Virus record (IMG/VR): IMGVR_UViG_3300032284_001308
Coordinates: 1-58,421 of that record
Reading direction: 5' to 3' (one strand)
Length of the DNA stretch: 58,421 bases
Source: a virus
Lineage: Duplodnaviria > Caudoviricetes
The position numbers were made by a program, and so were the translations under genes. The notes beneath the pieces were generated by a model. The model was not told where the DNA came from. It worked only from the letters and a program-made list of their open reading frames with translations, and ran no database searches. Positions 55,639-58,421 of the stretch are shown piece after piece (the first letter of the stretch is position 1; the number at the start of each line of letters is the position of its first letter).

Positions 55639-55854
55639 CTACCATCGTTCGCCAACGGGAGCGGGTAACCGACCGAATTCGAGAACGTGCGCGATATCGG
55701 ACGCGATTTCCACGGCATCCCCCCAACGGTTTCTATGGTACGGCCTGGAATAATTGAGGCTGAAAGTATCACGTGCGTGCTTTTTGACGTAGAACCTTTC
55801 GCCATTGGTCTCGAATTCAACACGCTGGCCGACTTGCTTAGGTAATGTGATCAT
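55639..55854 (-). CDS. Hypothetical protein
   Basis: TAAGGA RBS. Confidence 0.6.
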   Translation of the reverse strand: MITLPKQVGQRVEFETNGERFYVKKHARDTFSLNYSRPYHRNRWGDAVEIASDIAHVLEFGRLPAPVGERW

Positions 55855-55891
55855 GATCGTGATTTCCTTACGGGATTTCCTCGGGACGGGG

Positions 55892-56305
55892 TCACACGAG
55901 AACGTATTGCCTCGGGTTTGTAGGTTTGTTGAGACTGAGAACGTGAGCGGACGCATCGTCGACAGAATCGAAATACGTGAGCGGTTCGTCACTACCGAAA
56001 CGATTGTCATCGTTCAGCGTATTGCCAGTGCGCTGCGAGGCGACAATAAACTTGCCGGGAGTCGCAAGAGCTGGAACAACAGTGACGGGAATATCGTTGA
56101 GACTGAATTCATTGGCGGGAACGCCAAACGATCGAAGTGTATGCCAATCGCCAGTCTCACTACATCGGCCCTGCAATTCGACGTTCCCGATATTGGCGTG
56201 AGAATTCTTGATGACACCAGCAGCGTATTCGGACCCGCCGTTTTTCGTGAAGAATGATCGTAGTGAAGAGCCGCCAGCAGTGACACGATACAAATCGGCT
56301 AACAT
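55892..56305 (-). CDS. Hypothetical protein
   Basis: GGAG RBS. Confidence 0.65.
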   Translation of the reverse strand: MLADLYRVTAGGSSLRSFFTKNGGSEYAAGVIKNSHANIGNVELQGRCSETGDWHTLRSFGVPANEFSLNDIPVTVVPALATPGKFIVASQRTGNTLNDDNRFGSDEPLTYFDSVDDASAHVLSLNKPTNPRQYVLV

Positions 56306-56331
56306 GGGAATTTCTCCGGAAAGGGGTTTGA

Positions 56332-56529
56332 TTAAAACAGTCGATTCTGTCCAAGCATCGGAACGGTTTCGCGTTCGTGCAATTCGTCTGTGATCGTTTC
56401 CAGCAAGCTGGACTGAGTCGCGACCGACTTGCCGCGTTTGGGTGGCAGGCCGTTAAATAGCAGTTTTTGGCCATTTGGCGCGAAGTCGAATAGGGTCGAT
56501 TGTGTGCCGCAAATGCGTTCGGGTTTCAT
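56332..56529 (-). CDS. Hypothetical protein
   Basis: GQ.LLF / LGQNRLF; overlap. Confidence 0.6.
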   Translation of the reverse strand: MKPERICGTQSTLFDFAPNGQKLLFNGLPPKRGKSVATQSSLLETITDELHERETVPMLGQNRLF

Positions 56530-56807
56530 TGGGTCACACTCACGATCTCGAAACCGTTATCGCGGATTGCGTCGCTGATTGATGAATCAGAATCATCTGC
56601 AATCGGCTCCAGTGAATCGAAATTGATATCGCGTGAATCGTGGAGAAGAAAACCGCGATCCGGATCAAAATAGACCGTCAACTCTCGCGTGTCATTCCCG
56701 TCTGTCGTCGTTACTGTTCTGATGTTTTCGAGTGTCATAGTAAGCAATTTCCTTGCAAAAGGTTTTCTGGAACGGGTGGCTTGCATTTCAATCGTGAATT
56801 CGATCAT
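56526..56807 (-). CDS. Hypothetical protein
   Basis: Overlapping operonic ORF. Confidence 0.6.
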   Translation of the reverse strand: MIEFTIEMQATRSRKPFARKLLTMTLENIRTVTTTDGNDTRELTVYFDPDRGFLLHDSRDINFDSLEPIADDSDSSISDAIRDNGFEIVSVTQ

Positions 56808-57154
56808 CCGACAAACGGGATGGATTCATATTCGACGGGTCCGTTCGGTCCGCGAACATAATCAATGATTCTGGCATCCCGATGGAACGATTCGTCGTCG
56901 AGATTGTGGAGTTGTTGGATTGCTTCGCGCGCGTCGTCAATCGTAAAAAACTGTTCGCGACCTATTCCAAGCGAGTCTGTCCAGGCTCCATTTCTGTCTT
57001 TCATTTCGATCGTGAATGTCACCATCCCGAAGTCTGCGCAATCGAGCGCTGGTAATGTTGGGTTTGATCCAGCCATGAAAAAACTCTCTTTCGTTTCGTG
57101 TTGCACGATTTCGGCTCGTGTTTGCCAGTGGCCTGGTTTGGCCTGGTGGGTCAA
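56804..57154 (-). CDS. Hypothetical protein
   Basis: Operonic ORF, start uncertain. Confidence 0.6.
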   Translation of the reverse strand: MTHQAKPGHWQTRAEIVQHETKESFFMAGSNPTLPALDCADFGMVTFTIEMKDRNGAWTDSLGIGREQFFTIDDAREAIQQLHNLDDESFHRDARIIDYVRGPNGPVEYESIPFVG

Positions 57155-57161
57155 AGCGTAA

Positions 57162-57395
57162 TCAATTGCTGTTTTGCCATTCTTTCAATCCGGCCTCAGC
57201 TAATTTCAGGGCTTCTCTGGTTTCTTCTGCCTTTTCTCTCGCCCATTCAAGCCGATCGGCTCGCGTCCATTTCTGTCCGCCGAAATCGACATTCGCGGAC
57301 ATCCATCCGCAAATTGTTGTGTGGACAAATCCGTCCATATCGCACGGGAGATGGTCGCCAAATGACCCAAGATTTGTTTTGTGGAAAGTTGTCAT
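57162..57395 (-). CDS. Hypothetical protein
   Basis: AAGGA RBS. Confidence 0.6.
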   Translation of the reverse strand: MTTFHKTNLGSFGDHLPCDMDGFVHTTICGWMSANVDFGGQKWTRADRLEWAREKAEETREALKLAEAGLKEWQNSN

Positions 57396-57670
57396 AATTG
57401 CGGTTTCCTTTTGTGTAACGGTTTCGGGTGGTTTTCTCGGGACGGGGGGAGGCAAAAATCAGACTGAGGTTATTCGTCGGTTTCGGGAATAGTCCAGGTT
57501 CGCGTAGTCCATCGCTCATCGGTCGTGAATTTCGGCTCGCCAATCGCCACCAGATTGAAGTTTGTACGTTGCTGACATTGTTGGTTCCTTGCTTAAAACT
57601 GTGATTGCTTGGGAAAGTGTCATTGTTTCGGTTCCTTGAGCGGTTTCGGTTTCGGAAATGAGAGCGGGTA

Positions 57671-57916
57671 TCAATTCGATTGTGCGGAACGTTTGCGACC
57701 GCGAGAAAGTAGCTGGCTTGCAAGGAACCGAAGGTAATCGGCATTGCAAGCGTGCATGATCATCGGCATTGGAACGGTCTTAATCGTCCAATTGTCTTTT
57801 TTGACCATGAAGGAACCGTAGTCGTTTCCCTCTAGTCGAAACCCGAGACGATAGAGTCGCGAAACCCTACGATCAAAGCGAGTGTTGAGACCATGATAGA
57901 GTTGATTCGTTGTCAT
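57671..57916 (-). CDS. Hypothetical protein
   Basis: AAGGA RBS; first gene after promoter. Confidence 0.65.
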   Translation of the reverse strand: MTTNQLYHGLNTRFDRRVSRLYRLGFRLEGNDYGSFMVKKDNWTIKTVPMPMIMHACNADYLRFLASQLLSRGRKRSAQSN

Positions 57917-57979
57917 TGTGCGGTTCCTTGGTTTCGGTTTCTGGTTTCGACGGTCGCGAATATGCGTCCCGATGAGAAG

Positions 57980-58007
57980 ATAATAGTAAGTCTATCGGCA
58001 CAATCAA
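57980..58007 (-). promoter_or_regulatory. Putative early promoter TTGATT-16-TATTAT
   Basis: Shares GCCGATA spacer motif with 23570-23598. Confidence 0.55.
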
Positions 58008-58046
58008 CCCCACAATCAACAAAAATTATGGAATTGTTGGCAATAG

Positions 58047-58268
58047 CTATAAATCATGTGGTTTCGATTGTGTTGACGCCCATTGTTTGAACGCTATCGA
58101 CTCGCGAATAAGGCCGTCGACTAGGTCAGATCGGCTTGTGGTGAGAGTCTGGAGATAGGAAAAGACATCGCGCGTGAGCGTGAACGATGTGGGGCGACGT
58201 GAGCTGGGCGATTTCTTGCGTCCAGCACCGTCACGATAGCCACCATGATTGTTGCGTTGAGTATCCAT
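58047..58268 (-). CDS. Ribbon-helix-helix protein with GGxRxGAGR motif
   Basis: HGGYRDGAGRK...TSFTL...SRSDLV..LI. Confidence 0.7.
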   Translation of the reverse strand: MDTQRNNHGGYRDGAGRKKSPSSRRPTSFTLTRDVFSYLQTLTTSRSDLVDGLIRESIAFKQWASTQSKPHDL

Positions 58269-58421
58269 TGCGGCTCCCTGGTTGATTGTGTGAACGATAG
58301 CCCATTGTTGCGTGGCTATCGGCATTGTCAAGCGGGTGATTGCGGGAAAAGAACGGTGGGAGATCCCGCAACTATAGCATCGGGAGGGTAGGGTCAGGTC
58401 CTGGCAGACTCCCAGCGAAAC

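Larger units (their letters stand above)
1..58421. mobile_element. Temperate siphovirus-like phage genome, apparently complete and in excised form
   Basis: Full packaging-head-tail gene order, integrase with internal attP-like region, no host housekeeping genes at either end. Confidence 0.9.

Noticed and set aside
1-58421. Alternative genetic code or stop recoding
   Set aside because: Core genes are full length under the standard code

Overview
The window looks like an essentially complete, ~58 kb temperate tailed phage (HK97-like head, long non-contractile tail), opened just upstream of the small terminase gene. A Planctomycete host is inferred from a DUF1580-like HTH gene, csrA and Cys-rich tail genes; this is not proven. 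Layout: packaging/head/tail genes (0.1-21.8 kb, +); a leftward early block with SSB and a PAS-LuxR regulator (21.8-26.7 kb, -); integrase plus an attP-like region (27-28.8 kb); a rightward replication/recombination/modification operon with Mom-like protein, CsrA, two helicases, DNA methylase, ERF, YqaJ and RusA-like genes (28.9-41 kb); a membrane/protease cluster with no recognisable endolysin (41-47 kb); a second virion-like module (49.5-53.5 kb); and a leftward array of small early genes (53.4-58.3 kb). The most notable observations are: a VqmA-like PAS-LuxR sensor divergent from a structured integrase leader, with no classical CI repressor; a palindrome inside a DNA-binding gene that recurs near the terminase; an 18-bp palindrome at four gene ends; a tRNA-like RNA with a truncated anticodon arm; several structured intergenic RNAs; and three tandem tail-tube paralogs. 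All protein calls come from motif recognition by eye, and all RNA pairings were derived by hand.
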